This document shows, piece by piece, positions 51,659 through 62,349 of a DNA stretch of 64,000 nucleotides. The notes beneath the pieces are model-generated. The model searched no databases. It worked only from the letters and a program-made list of their open reading frames with translations, and was not told where the DNA came from. Made by a program: the position numbers and the translations under genes. Position 1 is the first letter of the stretch. Every line of letters starts with the position of its first letter. Origin of the DNA: Polymyxa betae A26-41 (lineage: Eukaryota; Protista; Endomyxa: Phytomyxea); the NCBI GenBank assembly GCA_003693705.1, contig RBZT01000656.1, forward strand, positions 62,001 through 126,000. The letters run 5' to 3'.

Positions 51659-51678
51659 GGGGTTAGGGTTTAGGGTTT
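51659..51678 (+). repeat. Telomere-like repeats GGGGTTAGGGTTTAGGGTTT
   Basis: Seen directly, ~80 bp upstream of the secreted RING gene. Confidence 0.6.
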
Positions 51679-51737
51679 GCCTGCAATCATTCTGGTCACT
51701 GCTCCTTGCGGAGATCCTCTCCATCGTGGTCATTGTC

Positions 51738-52895
51738 ATGACAGCTTCAACAATGCTGATGGATCCCACTGCCGCCATTCTTATCGTGAGTTTCCTTACC
51801 AGCCAAGCTTGCTGTTCGCCGTTTTCCAGCAATTCTGCTGAATCCAATACCATCCACAAGCTTGGTGAAAGGATGATCGAGCTGCAACAAACTCTCCAAA
51901 GCCAAACGATCGCCCAAAACCCATTTCATGATGAAATTGAATTCGACTCGATGAATGCCCATTATGAAGCTGTGTTAAAGTCGTACAAATCCCATCACGA
52001 TCGTTGGTCGTTCGGCGACTTCTCCGAGTTCGACAAACCCGACCCCGAGGTTGCTGTGATATTCTGCTCGTTGATCCAGAGCCTGGTCGAAGACGGGTTC
52101 TATTCTGCTGAAGCTCATTGCAAGATCACCCATATCTGGACCCTACAAGATCTGGGCGAGTTCAGCGATTCGTCCGCTGTCAGCCTTCTCTCCAAAGCGA
52201 TGGACGTCTTTCTCTCAATCGAAGGCGAAATGCTCTACTGGAACGTAGCGCGGCAGCTGATGGAAGGCGATCTGACCATGGAGACGATTCAGAACGCCAA
52301 GGATAGCTTAGCGTACCTGATCGACAATTATCCTCCATCTGATGCTCGCGACATCGTTAGCAGAATCGATGCTCTTCTGATAGAGAAATGCATCGAACAT
52401 CTCCGAGAGCTATGGCTGATTCCTGGCAGAATCTATGAGCCAGATTATATCAATTCGTGGATGGACGATTTCCGCAGATTTCAAGAACTGAATTTCTTCG
52501 TTGACCCCAAATCTCGGCACAACGTCCTGTTTGACGCCTTCAACAAGGCGTTCGAACGATTCCAGAAGCTGAAGAAGTTCGAATCCGTCGTCGATCACAA
52601 CCCGATTGAGCCCGACGAATGCCCGATCTGCTTCAGGTACGAACAGAGATTGCAGAGAATGCTGGTCGTACTGGCTCACACACCCTATTGTTACAGGGAC
52701 AGCGATGAAGTCGAATGGGTCAAGTTCTGCGGTTTCTGCGACGAATTCCGATTTCTCTGCATTGATTGCATGCAGGAGCCAATCATGAAGAAGTGCGGGA
52801 TCGTGCTATGCTGTCAATGCAGTACTCCGAATATGCCATCGAAATGGCCAGATGCAGCAGAATGCTACACGACCACATCCAGTTTGTTAGAATGA
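51738..52895 (+). CDS. Secreted protein with C-terminal RING-like zinc finger (candidate E3-ligase effector)
   Basis: Signal-like MDPTAAILIVSFLTSQACCS; C-terminal CPIC...CGFC...CIDC...CCQC with a predicted intron at 52637-52696. Confidence 0.7.
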   Translation: MTASTMLMDPTAAILIVSFLTSQACCSPFSSNSAESNTIHKLGERMIELQQTLQSQTIAQNPFHDEIEFDSMNAHYEAVLKSYKSHHDRWSFGDFSEFDKPDPEVAVIFCSLIQSLVEDGFYSAEAHCKITHIWTLQDLGEFSDSSAVSLLSKAMDVFLSIEGEMLYWNVARQLMEGDLTMETIQNAKDSLAYLIDNYPPSDARDIVSRIDALLIEKCIEHLRELWLIPGRIYEPDYINSWMDDFRRFQELNFFVDPKSRHNVLFDAFNKAFERFQKLKKFESVVDHNPIEPDECPICFRYEQRLQRMLVVLAHTPYCYRDSDEVEWVKFCGFCDEFRFLCIDCMQEPIMKKCGIVLCCQCSTPNMPSKWPDAAECYTTTSSLLE

Positions 52896-52933
52896 ACCCT
52901 GCCAGTGTTGTTTAACAGTTTGTCGTCTCAAAT

Positions 52934-54305
52934 TCAGCCGTCGAACGCTTGATCGAACGCCTGCGATGTCGCGCCCTGGCTAACACGAGAGACGGGAATC
53001 GTGAATGGAAGGCCGGCGTCCTACAAACACATGAATCACGTTCTCTGCAAATGTTGAAGGGCGCCCTCACCTGAATGTATTTGTTCGCGTACTGGAAGCA
53101 TTTCGCGCGTTCGTCGTGGCTGGCTCCCGATCCGACCCAGATGAACAGGCTATGTCCGGCCACATCCACCAGGAACACGTCGTTCGAATCCAGCAGCGAT
53201 CGCTTCAGCGACCCGCTCGCGACCTCCGTCATCTGCAGGTCGCCATTCGCATCGGATAGTCGTAGGAGCTTCTTCGTGCTTTGAACGACGGCTGCATCGG
53301 GGCCGCCTTGCTCGGCGGATTTCACGGGGCCTTGACCTCCTACAAGCGACCAGAACGCATCACATCGCTCCTGGCCATCGAGAACCTGGAACGTCGGCTT
53401 GCAGCCGCGCGATTCGCGAATCTGATTGGCGACCTCGTTGGCTTTGCGCTTCTCGTACACGCCCGCCTTCGATCCGTTCCATTGGAAGATCTGCAGACCC
53501 GCGTCTGTTCGCTGCGTCAGATGGTGAGAACGAGAAGCGAACTCGATACCGAGAATGAAGACGTCGCCGTCGTTCAGCGACTGAATGCTGGTGGGAACCT
53601 GCTTGACAGCGACCGCTTTACGAACGCCTTTAACATGGAGAAGGCGCGGTTTGTAATCAACAGGCTTGACGTTATTAAACCTGATTCAGCACTCATTAAG
53701 ATCGAGCGAGTTTTCTCGAAAAAGTTTCGAAAAACTACGAGAAAAGCATCGTACCCGCTGGCGACACCTCCGCTCAAGATCATGATGGCGGGATGGAACA
53801 GTTTCAGGAACTCGTCGGATTCGTGTCCCTGCACTTCTCGATATTGGACCGGCAGATCGGACAGCAGCGTATCGAGCTCGACGGTTTTGAACGCCGCCGT
53901 GCCGGCCTCGTCCTGGGTCGTGTTCTGCCCGAGCCAGAAATGAACATTGTAGGCGAGACGATCGCCGGACCCTGGTTGACGATACGTGTTCAGAACAATA
54001 TAGGAATCGCCATCGTAGAATTGCCCGAATTGCTCTCGAGGGATGCGATTCACGCCGAAATTCTCAACTCGCCAAATCATCACTCCTGGAGACGCCAATT
54101 AGCAGAGCGTTCGTTGAGAGGCGCGAGTCGAACCGGGTTCCTTGCCGGCGCCCACGAACTGGGCTTCGCAGGCAGCGGCCGCTTTGCGAACTTTGACGGC
54201 CGTCTCCGAGTTCAGGCCGGCGATGTTGGATTCTTCGAATTTCACTACGACCGAGTTCAACGAAACGGGATAACGCGACTGGGTGGAATCACCTTGCTGA
54301 GGCAT
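52934..54305 (-). CDS. Gelsolin/severin-family actin-severing protein (3 domains)
   Basis: IWRVENF, GQFYDGDSYIVL, HFWLG..TTQDEAGTAAFKTVELD, QYREVQGHESDEF, LDSNDVFLVD. Confidence 0.95.
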
Positions 54306-54609
54306 GATGAATGAGACGTATTGATGAGAATGAGCTCAACGTATGACGAAAGATCTTGGAGAAGGGTCGGCGCGTGCGCGGCGTCAACACACTGAATAAG
54401 TTCAAGACGGATCCTTAAGTCACGATTAATTATAGAAATATCTCATAGAGGACTTAGTCCTAGGTTCGAGAAGAATGACGCCCTGAATATAGATTAGTAA
54501 GTTTTATAGGCGGTAGAGCTGTTAGCTGTAAAGAGGGATTGTTGTATTATGTTGATCATCTGCCTTTATGGTTGCGAAAGCGAATCGAGACGGAAAGGGT
54601 TCGCATCGC

Positions 54610-56458
54610 TTAAAGCAATAGACGGAATGGATCCTCGCAATATCGCTTGAAGGCCTGCAGCCATTGAGCGCCCACCGCCCCATCGATGATTCGATGATCG
54701 CAGGACAACGTCGCCTGCAGCACCATCGCTTGTTTCCAGCTGGCGTCGGTTCCTGCGACGATCGTGGCCTCAACATGACCCAATGCTAGAATGGCGGCCT
54801 GGCTTGGGACAATGATAGCTGAGACCTGGCTAACGCCGGGCTCCTGCATGTTCGAGATCGTGAACGTCGCCTCGGATACGGGACCTTCATTCGACCTCGA
54901 GGCGGCGATCTCACGAAGGCCTTTCTGATCGGCATCTTGGACGACATACGTGAGAAGGCGACCGTCGTCGTTGGCCGCTTGAACGCCGATATCGACGTAC
55001 TGGAACTGGCGAATCGAGTCGCCATTCCATCGGCTGTTCACGATCGGGATATCTTTCATGGCAGCCGCCGACGCCTTCACGATGAAATCGCGCAGCGAGA
55101 TCGGGCTGTCTTTAGATTGCGACGCGACGAGCTTCAGGATGGCGTCGGCGTTGATTTTTGTGGTTAAGTAGTAATGAGGGATCGTCTGCTTCGATACAGC
55201 GGCGGCTTCCGCATCGAGATTTCCAACAGTAGCTGCAGCGACGCCTCCCGATTCCAGAAACGCCTCGACGTCACGAGCAACGATTCGATTGTTTTGTCCT
55301 GTTGGCGTTATCTGCTTGATATCAAGGTTGTTCTCGGCAGCGATCTTCCTCGCATATGGGCTGGCGAACACTCTTCCACCTTGGGGTGCTGAAGGCGACG
55401 GCTTCGATGGCCGAGCTCTTGAAGGTTGTTTTGGCGGCGCGGACGGCGTGCTCGGCGCTGTTGATGGTTTCGCTGGGGCGGTCGTCTTGGCGGCAGCTGG
55501 CTCCGAAGCGGGAATGAAATCATGGAAGGCTTCGATGGCGCTCTCAGCATCCACGAGAACGGCGATCGGTTGGCCGACTTCAATATCGGGTTGGTTGGCG
55601 TCGATGAGGATTTTAGCGATGAATCCGTCCTCAAGCGATTCTGTTACAGACCTCAGCAAAACGCATCTCGAATCAACACGAATAAAAATACCGAAATCGA
55701 CGGTGGCTTTGTCGGTCTCAACTTGAGCGATCACATCACCAACCTTGACAGCATCTCCTTTCTTCTTCAGCCATTTGGCGATTTGCCCTTTCGTCATTGT
55801 CGGACTCAACGCCGGCATCGTTAACACCTGATGCGGTGGAAACGACTCGGTCGACTTCGTCGACTGATCGGCAACGGTCGTGTCGGCGTCTTTCGCCTCA
55901 CCGCCGATATCGCTAACCGAGAAGCTCGCGAATTTCGACACATCGGATTCGTCTTCGACCATGATGCCAAGAACCTGAAACTTGATGAGAAAATGAGCTT
56001 CAAAATCAGGCCGAAATCGATCACATTGCCAACGTTAATATCAGTTGTGCCCTGCTCAACGAATTGTTTCGCGAGATAACCCTCCTCTTGAGCCTCTATA
56101 GAAATGCTCAGAACAGGGCTGTCTCAGGCGATGTTGTAAATTTACCGAAATCGACGGTGGCTTTATCTGTCTCGATCTCAGCGATCCTATTCACAGGTGT
56201 GAGCTAATCGCCATCATATCACCTGTTAGATACCAACTTGTCACCGGGACTGATTTTATCGCCAATCTTCTTGCTCCAGGACGCCAGTCCTCCCTTTGTC
56301 ATGGTCGGGCTCAGCGCAGGCATCCGAATCTCCAGGTATTCAGGCCCTATATAAACGTCATCATCCGCAAAACCACCGGATTGACCAGGCAGAGTACATT
56401 GGCTGGCGAATCGGAGCCCGAATCTCACGAATCGGAGCGGTGTCATGCAACGATACAT
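54610..56458 (-). CDS. DLAT: Pyruvate dehydrogenase E2 (dihydrolipoamide acetyltransferase)-family protein with two lipoyl domains
   Basis: Two MPALSPTMTKG...ETDKAT lipoyl domains, the RVFASPYARKIA E3/E1-binding domain, TIPHYYL and SCDHRIIDGA. Confidence 0.88.
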
Positions 56459-56950
56459 GATCGATGAGCGTCCTGATAAGAGAATCATCTATCGACTTTG
56501 AATTATCTGACGATGAGAAGTCGCGGACTACCGCGTCTCTATCAACATAACGAGGTTTTTACAGGACCATTAATGCAGGCTCTGTGTCATTTTGGATTTT
56601 AGACCAGACTGACTAGGTGTTGGGATAGATCAAATGGCAACGGCATTGTAGGATGGGACGTTCAAACGTTTCAAAGGTCTCCTAAAAATCGCAATTTCGT
56701 TCGCCGGTTTTGATCTTTGGATCCCAAGATCGAATTGTAAGATGGATTTATCGCCAGTTTAGATAAAAAGTATTTTAGGAGTACATAAAATCATTCCCGT
56801 TATGAACAGCCTCTGCAGCGTTTCTACTGATTTATACAGTGAGCAGAGAAAGAACAAAAATGCGTCACTGCGCACTAAAAAACAATTGCGCGGCGACCTG
56901 ATTTTTTGCTGCGGTTTCTGTCAAATCTTGTCTGGGCTAAATTTGGAGCC

Positions 56951-57819
56951 ATGTTGTACATTATCGGTCTGGGCCTAGCAGATGAACGTGATATCACAGT
57001 GAAAGGACTAGATGCGGTCAGAAGCTGCTCACGAATCTATCTCGAGGCATACACGTCGATTCTTGGAGTCGATAAGACCAAGCTTGAGCAGTTCTACAAC
57101 GTGCCCGAGGTAATCGTTGCTGATCGCGAGATGGTCGAATCCAACTCCGATATCATTCTGGATAACGCCGATCAAGAAAACGTGGCATTCTTGGTCGTTG
57201 GCGACCCGTTCGCGTACTTTATTGCTTTCCGCCTCTTGCTTCTAGTTAACAATAGTGCAGGGCTACGACGCATACCGACTTGCTGCTTAGAGCTGCCAAA
57301 GAGAAGAGAATTAAAGTCCAAACGATCCATAACGCATCGGTTATGAATGCGATAGGTGCTTGTGGACTTCAGCTCTATCAGTTCGGACAGACGGTCTCGA
57401 TTCCATTCTTCACCAAGACCTGGCGCCCAGATTCGTTCTATTCGAAGATCAAAGTCAATGCTGACGCCGGCTTCCATACACTCTGTCTGTTAGATATCAA
57501 AGTCAAAGAGCAGAGTGAAGAGAACCTGCTTCGTGGCCGTCTGGTCTACGAGCCGCCGCGATTCATGACCGTTAACCAGGCGTTAGAGCAGCTGTTGGAG
57601 GTCGAAGCGAAATACCAGCAGGGCGTCTGTACGGAATCGACGCGAGCGATCGGCGTCGCCCGTCTTGGCGCCGACGATCAGGTCATGATATACGGGACCG
57701 TCGGCGAGCTGTTACGCTGCGACTTTGGCAAGCCGCTTCATTGTCTGGTGATCATTGGGCAAACGCACGTAATCGAGGACGAATTCTTAGAAAGCATTCG
57801 TGTCAATACAGCTAAATGA
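56951..57819 (+). CDS. DPH5: Diphthine methyl ester synthase
   Basis: MLYIIGLGL...ITVKGL...[50 protein letters not shown]. Confidence 0.98.
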
Positions 57820-57941
57820 AATCAAATCGAGAAAAAAACAGAAAGTTTTCTTGACACACGGAGTTATTTTGGTGTTACTGTATCGAGTTATCCCTTTTTA
57901 TTATCATTTGAGCCATTTCGGGTTCGTGATCATCGGTTGTC

Positions 57942-58360
57942 ATGTCGACGTCCTTTATTGGACGGGTGTTCAGCACTAAAATGAAGAAGACCATCATGGT
58001 GCTGGTCAACAGATATACGGTGCACCCATTGTTCAAGAAGCGGGTGCGGTCGACGAAAAAGTTCATGACGCATGATCCAGGTTGGGACAACGCTGCTCGC
58101 TGATAGATCGTCGAGTTTAATTTTTTATTTTAGAAGGACAGGCAGCCGTCGGCGATATGGTTCTGATCAAGTCTTGCCGCCCATACAGCAAACGGAAAAC
58201 CTTTGAGCTGAAAGAGATCTTGAAGCGATCGCCCGAGTTCCTCTACCAGGAAGAGCTGCGGAAAGCGTCGCTCGCTGCAAGCGCTTCACAGACGATTACG
58301 AATGGCGACGCCGCCGCAGAGAGAGCACAGCCAATAGATGCTAAAGATCTGTCCGCCTGA
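57942..58360 (+). CDS. MRPS17: Mitochondrial ribosomal protein uS17m
   Basis: FIGRVFSTKMKKTIMV...HPLFKKRVRSTKKFMTHD(P)|EG...VGDMVLIKSCRPYSKRKTF; one intron at ~58081-58133. Confidence 0.92.
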
Positions 58361-58399
58361 TAAAATTGTATAGCTTGGGTCTTCCCATATAGAAAATCT

Positions 58400-59500
58400 T
58401 CATAGACCAGCCATTGCTACAATTAGATCAGCGATCTTTGCATACGTGTCTGCTCCGATCATCTTCAACTGTTCAGTAAGCGATCCTGATCTGAACAACT
58501 GATAGATTAGAAGCAGATTGTTTCCGGTTCTGTTTCTGTAGAGGGCGTGATGAAGCATGGCGAAGTGTTCAGCGTCTTGTTCAGCCCATTCATCCAATTG
58601 GAGCTCTTGCAACGTTCGGTTCGCCTTCAACATGTGCTCGAGATATTCCAATAATGTTGTCGGGTGAGGATTCTGCCTCAGATCGACAGCACGAAGTATT
58701 CTATTGTCGGCCAGCGCTTCAATGAAACCAGCAACATCGTCGGCGCTCTCTGCGCAGGAGAATAGATCGAGCTGTTCCAATGATGATTGAAGTCGGATAG
58801 CATTGGCGAAGGCATTCATGCCTGCCGATCCTATCGGATTCGACCCGAGACTCAATCTAACCACAGACGAGGTCGACGAGCACGAACGAGCTAAAGCGAT
58901 CGCTCCCCGAGCTTTGACGTTGTTGTCAGAAAGGTCCAAGGCCGATATGGTGAAGTTCAATTCCAGCGCCGATGCTAATGCTGCGACACCATTATCAGCT
59001 ATGTGATTGCTAGATAGGTCGAGCTCTATCAATGTCTCATTATGTCTTAGTGCTAAAGCCAATATACAGCAGTCAGCATCGGTCACATTACAAGAGCGTA
59101 GACGAAGTTTGCATAGCGTCCCGTGTGTTCGTATTGTACCAGCTAAAGCTTCAACGAGACGCCCTGACGCTGGATTCCCGGATAGGTCCAAGTATCTCAG
59201 GGTGGATGATTGTCGAAGGCCATTGGCGATCGCTTCCAGTCCATCCGATGTGAATCGGTTGTAGCCGATTTCCAGGTGCGTCAGCGAGGCGTTCTTGCGA
59301 AGGCAACGTACGAGATCGTTGCAGACCACATCGGTGAGACGGTTATGGTTCAGATTCAGTGTCTGAACGCGAGTATTGGTGCAAAGAGCTCGGGCCAAGG
59401 TGATGATCTGGCGGTCGCCCAGTAGCTGCTTGCTAAGGTCGACGTTCAATGTCGTATCGAGCTTCGGCAAAACTTCATCGATCGAGCGAATCACGATCAT
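58400..59500 (-). CDS. Ribonuclease-inhibitor-like LRR protein
   Basis: About ten 28-aa repeats of LxxNxxLxxLDLxxNxIxDxG; intronless. Confidence 0.88.
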   Translation of the reverse strand: MIVIRSIDEVLPKLDTTLNVDLSKQLLGDRQIITLARALCTNTRVQTLNLNHNRLTDVVCNDLVRCLRKNASLTHLEIGYNRFTSDGLEAIANGLRQSSTLRYLDLSGNPASGRLVEALAGTIRTHGTLCKLRLRSCNVTDADCCILALALRHNETLIELDLSSNHIADNGVAALASALELNFTISALDLSDNNVKARGAIALARSCSSTSSVVRLSLGSNPIGSAGMNAFANAIRLQSSLEQLDLFSCAESADDVAGFIEALADNRILRAVDLRQNPHPTTLLEYLEHMLKANRTLQELQLDEWAEQDAEHFAMLHHALYRNRTGNNLLLIYQLFRSGSLTEQLKMIGADTYAKIADLIVAMAGL

Positions 59501-59698
59501 GACATCTGCAAAGACGACGAGCTGCCAAGCAGCCTGCCGACAATCTGAGATTTTTCTACAGCAAGATATTAGCAAGCGTATTTGGGGTAAATTAAATAAA
59601 TTTTATCCAACCGATGAGTCAACACTTAACCTGCACAAAATGACGTCATTCTAACAACAGTTCGAACAACTACAAACATATTTAACAGATCTAAATCC

Positions 59699-60448
59699 AT
59701 GCAGGTCCACGCTCTAATTATTATACCCATTCTGGTATCAGCATTGGCATTTGCAAATCAATGCCGACTTCGTCCATTCCATCTTCAAGATCAGATCTAT
59801 GGCTCCTGCCCCGATTTCGCCGGTTTGTCGCCCAAGAACGAATCCAACTATGCGATCGCTGCTGGTCCCTTCCCATGTGGCTCGTGTGTTCGAGTCTCAT
59901 ATCAGACTCGCCAGCTCTATCTGATCGTTGTCGATTCGACATCATCACCCGGGCTGGACCTCCATCTCGACCCGATGGTGAAGCTGTCTCGCTCTGCAGA
60001 TCCTTCTATGCTGATTCAAGGCCTGATTGGCTGCCAAGCAGATGTCGTACCTTTGGAAATGTGCAATCCGGACACCGGACGTACCCAAGGTGGCGATATC
60101 GCTGGGCAGACAGCAATTGGAGGTCAGCGACAAATACCACAGCAGCCTTGGATGAATCCAGGGCCCGGGCTTGGACAGATCAATGCCCAGAACGCATTCA
60201 AAGCGCAGCAGCAATTCCAGCCAAATAGCCAATTCGGAGTGGGTGGCGGCTGGCAGCAGCAGCAACAGCAGCAGGCGAAGCCAGTACAGCAGCAGCAGCA
60301 GGCGAGCCCAATGCAACAGATGCAGCAACAGCCGTCATGGCAGTTTCCAAATGGTCAAGACAGTCAGCAGATGAACAGGATGCAGCAGATGCCTCCCAAT
60401 GCTCCAATGTTCCTGCGGCGAAAGACTCAGATTCGGGTCTATGACTAA
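59699..60448 (+). CDS. Secreted DPBB/RlpA (expansin-like) protein with Gln-rich tail
   Basis: Signal peptide MQVHALIIIPILVSALAFA; GSC...AIAAG..CGSCVRV...VVDS...LDL; poly-Q C-terminus. Confidence 0.7.
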   Translation: MQVHALIIIPILVSALAFANQCRLRPFHLQDQIYGSCPDFAGLSPKNESNYAIAAGPFPCGSCVRVSYQTRQLYLIVVDSTSSPGLDLHLDPMVKLSRSADPSMLIQGLIGCQADVVPLEMCNPDTGRTQGGDIAGQTAIGGQRQIPQQPWMNPGPGLGQINAQNAFKAQQQFQPNSQFGVGGGWQQQQQQQAKPVQQQQQASPMQQMQQQPSWQFPNGQDSQQMNRMQQMPPNAPMFLRRKTQIRVYD

Positions 60449-61199
60449 AGACCTTCGTTATGATATATTCTATAGTGCGAATTCATACTGATTACTGATT
60501 AATATTGACACAATTTCTTAGCGCTTCTATAGATTTAACACTTCTGCCAGCATTTCTACTTTATTTGCCGTTTGATACAGTAGAACAGATCCTCGACCGT
60601 GAATGAAAGAAAATTCAGCCTTGAAACAGAATCCTTGAAATGTAATCGACTTAAAGCGGCTGCAGAGGGGCTCTAAAAGCAGCAGAGTGAATGCTAGGTG
60701 CAGCCAATGGAAAGGCAACAAATTTTGACTCCAAAACGGCTGCGTTAAGTTTGATCATTCTTAAACAGCGCTTTACTATCCGTGATCGGGATCCTCAATG
60801 GTTTATGGAACACATTATCCGCTTTTGCACTCCAAAGCAGTAAAGCAGAACACAGATGTTTCTTTGAGATGAGCAACAGCTTGCGGACCCGTGCATGACC
60901 GCATTAAACTGGCGCTGCACTAAAATGTGAACGCCGCGGCTACGCTCTACACGAGTTATCTGTTACTGACGGAGTTTTTGGCGACTGCGGTCCCCGAAAC
61001 AGAGCCCCGAAATGCGTCGGCGCTGGTACCCGAGATTCCAACAGAGTCGAAATCGGCCAACTGCATGTAAAATATTCGTGGATGCCAATGACCGATATGG
61101 AGCGTTGCTTTCCTGCCATAAGTGACAATATTTCAGTCTGCTGTTAGACGTCGGGTACTTTATGCGTAGTCTGATTTCTTGGTCCCCGAAACGCCCACC

Positions 61200-62238
61200 A
61201 TGAGGGCGACGCAACAGCACCTTAACTGCAGTACAGCACCGCTAAATAATTATGTTGTTGTTGGACCAGCGCCCATCGATTATAGGCCGCCATATCCTCA
61301 ACGACCTCTGATCAGACCACCACCTGGGCTCCCTGCTCCAATCCATGCCCCTTTAAACGTCTTGACAACCGGCTGGGCAATGCCCATGGGCTACTATCAA
61401 AATCACCGGCAGGCTTCCATCCCACGATCAACAGCACATAAGGCGCCGTGCAAAGCCAAGCCGTATACGGATTGTTTAGACAGTTTCGAAGCGATCTTGT
61501 TGCAGCGCGAACGTGACTACGTCGTTTACAACCCGAATGCAAAGTTCATCGAGTTTCGGATCGTGCTGATTCAGTGGATGCTGAACATCTACGAAGAGTA
61601 TGAGATGCACACGAAAACGATAGCGATTGCCTGCAACTTGCTTGACCGAGTATTATCAGCAGAGGACGCGCCCATGAATGAATGTCAGCTGGTGGCGCTG
61701 TGCTGTATAATGATAGCAGGTCAGATTAGATAGGCTCATGCCTGGATACTATCCCGCTTATATTTTCATAACAGCCAAGCTCGAGGAGACCATCGATCAA
61801 ACTCCGTTATTCGAGGAGCTACTGCAATACACGACCGGCGGGTATTCCAAACAAGATGCCATTAAGATGGAACAGAGCATCTTGGGCTCTCTCCGTTGGA
61901 ATCTGAATGCAGTCACTCCTATTGACTTCATTGATATCCATATGGAGAGGGTCAGAGCTGACGAACATGTGCAATACATCCCTGAAGATCTTCAGCAACT
62001 ACACCGGGTCATAAAGATTCGTCAGCAGCAATTGCTCGAGCTAGTGCTGAACGATTACGCCTTCAATCAATGGCGTCCTTCAGTGATTGGCGCCTGCATA
62101 TTCGCAGCGAGCAGGATTATTATTGATCTAGTTCCTAGATGGCCTTCCTTCAACTCTCCATGTGACGATATCAGCGATCTCGCTAGATGCATTCAATATC
62201 TAATCACCAAGTTCGAACATGCGTATTGTAGCATGTGA
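61200..62238 (+). CDS. Cyclin (cyclin N and C boxes)
   Basis: RIVLIQWM...TIAIACNLLDRVLS...CQLVALCCIMIAAKLEE, MEQSILGSLRWNLNAVTPIDF, WRPSVIGACIFAA. Confidence 0.92.
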
Positions 62239-62349
62239 TCGCTGTATCATTTACTGTTCTAACCTTATTTATTTGTCCACCTACTTCAGGAAATGATATA
62301 CGAGCAAAACCGAAATTTGTGTGTGTGTTTGTTGATAGCTAGCGCAGGC

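Noticed and set aside
53281-54314. Long + strand ORFs opposite gelsolin
   Set aside because: Antisense shadows of a GC-rich coding region.
60252-60330. CAG/CAA repeats as an independent repeat element or array
   Set aside because: They simply encode the poly-Gln tract of the secreted protein.
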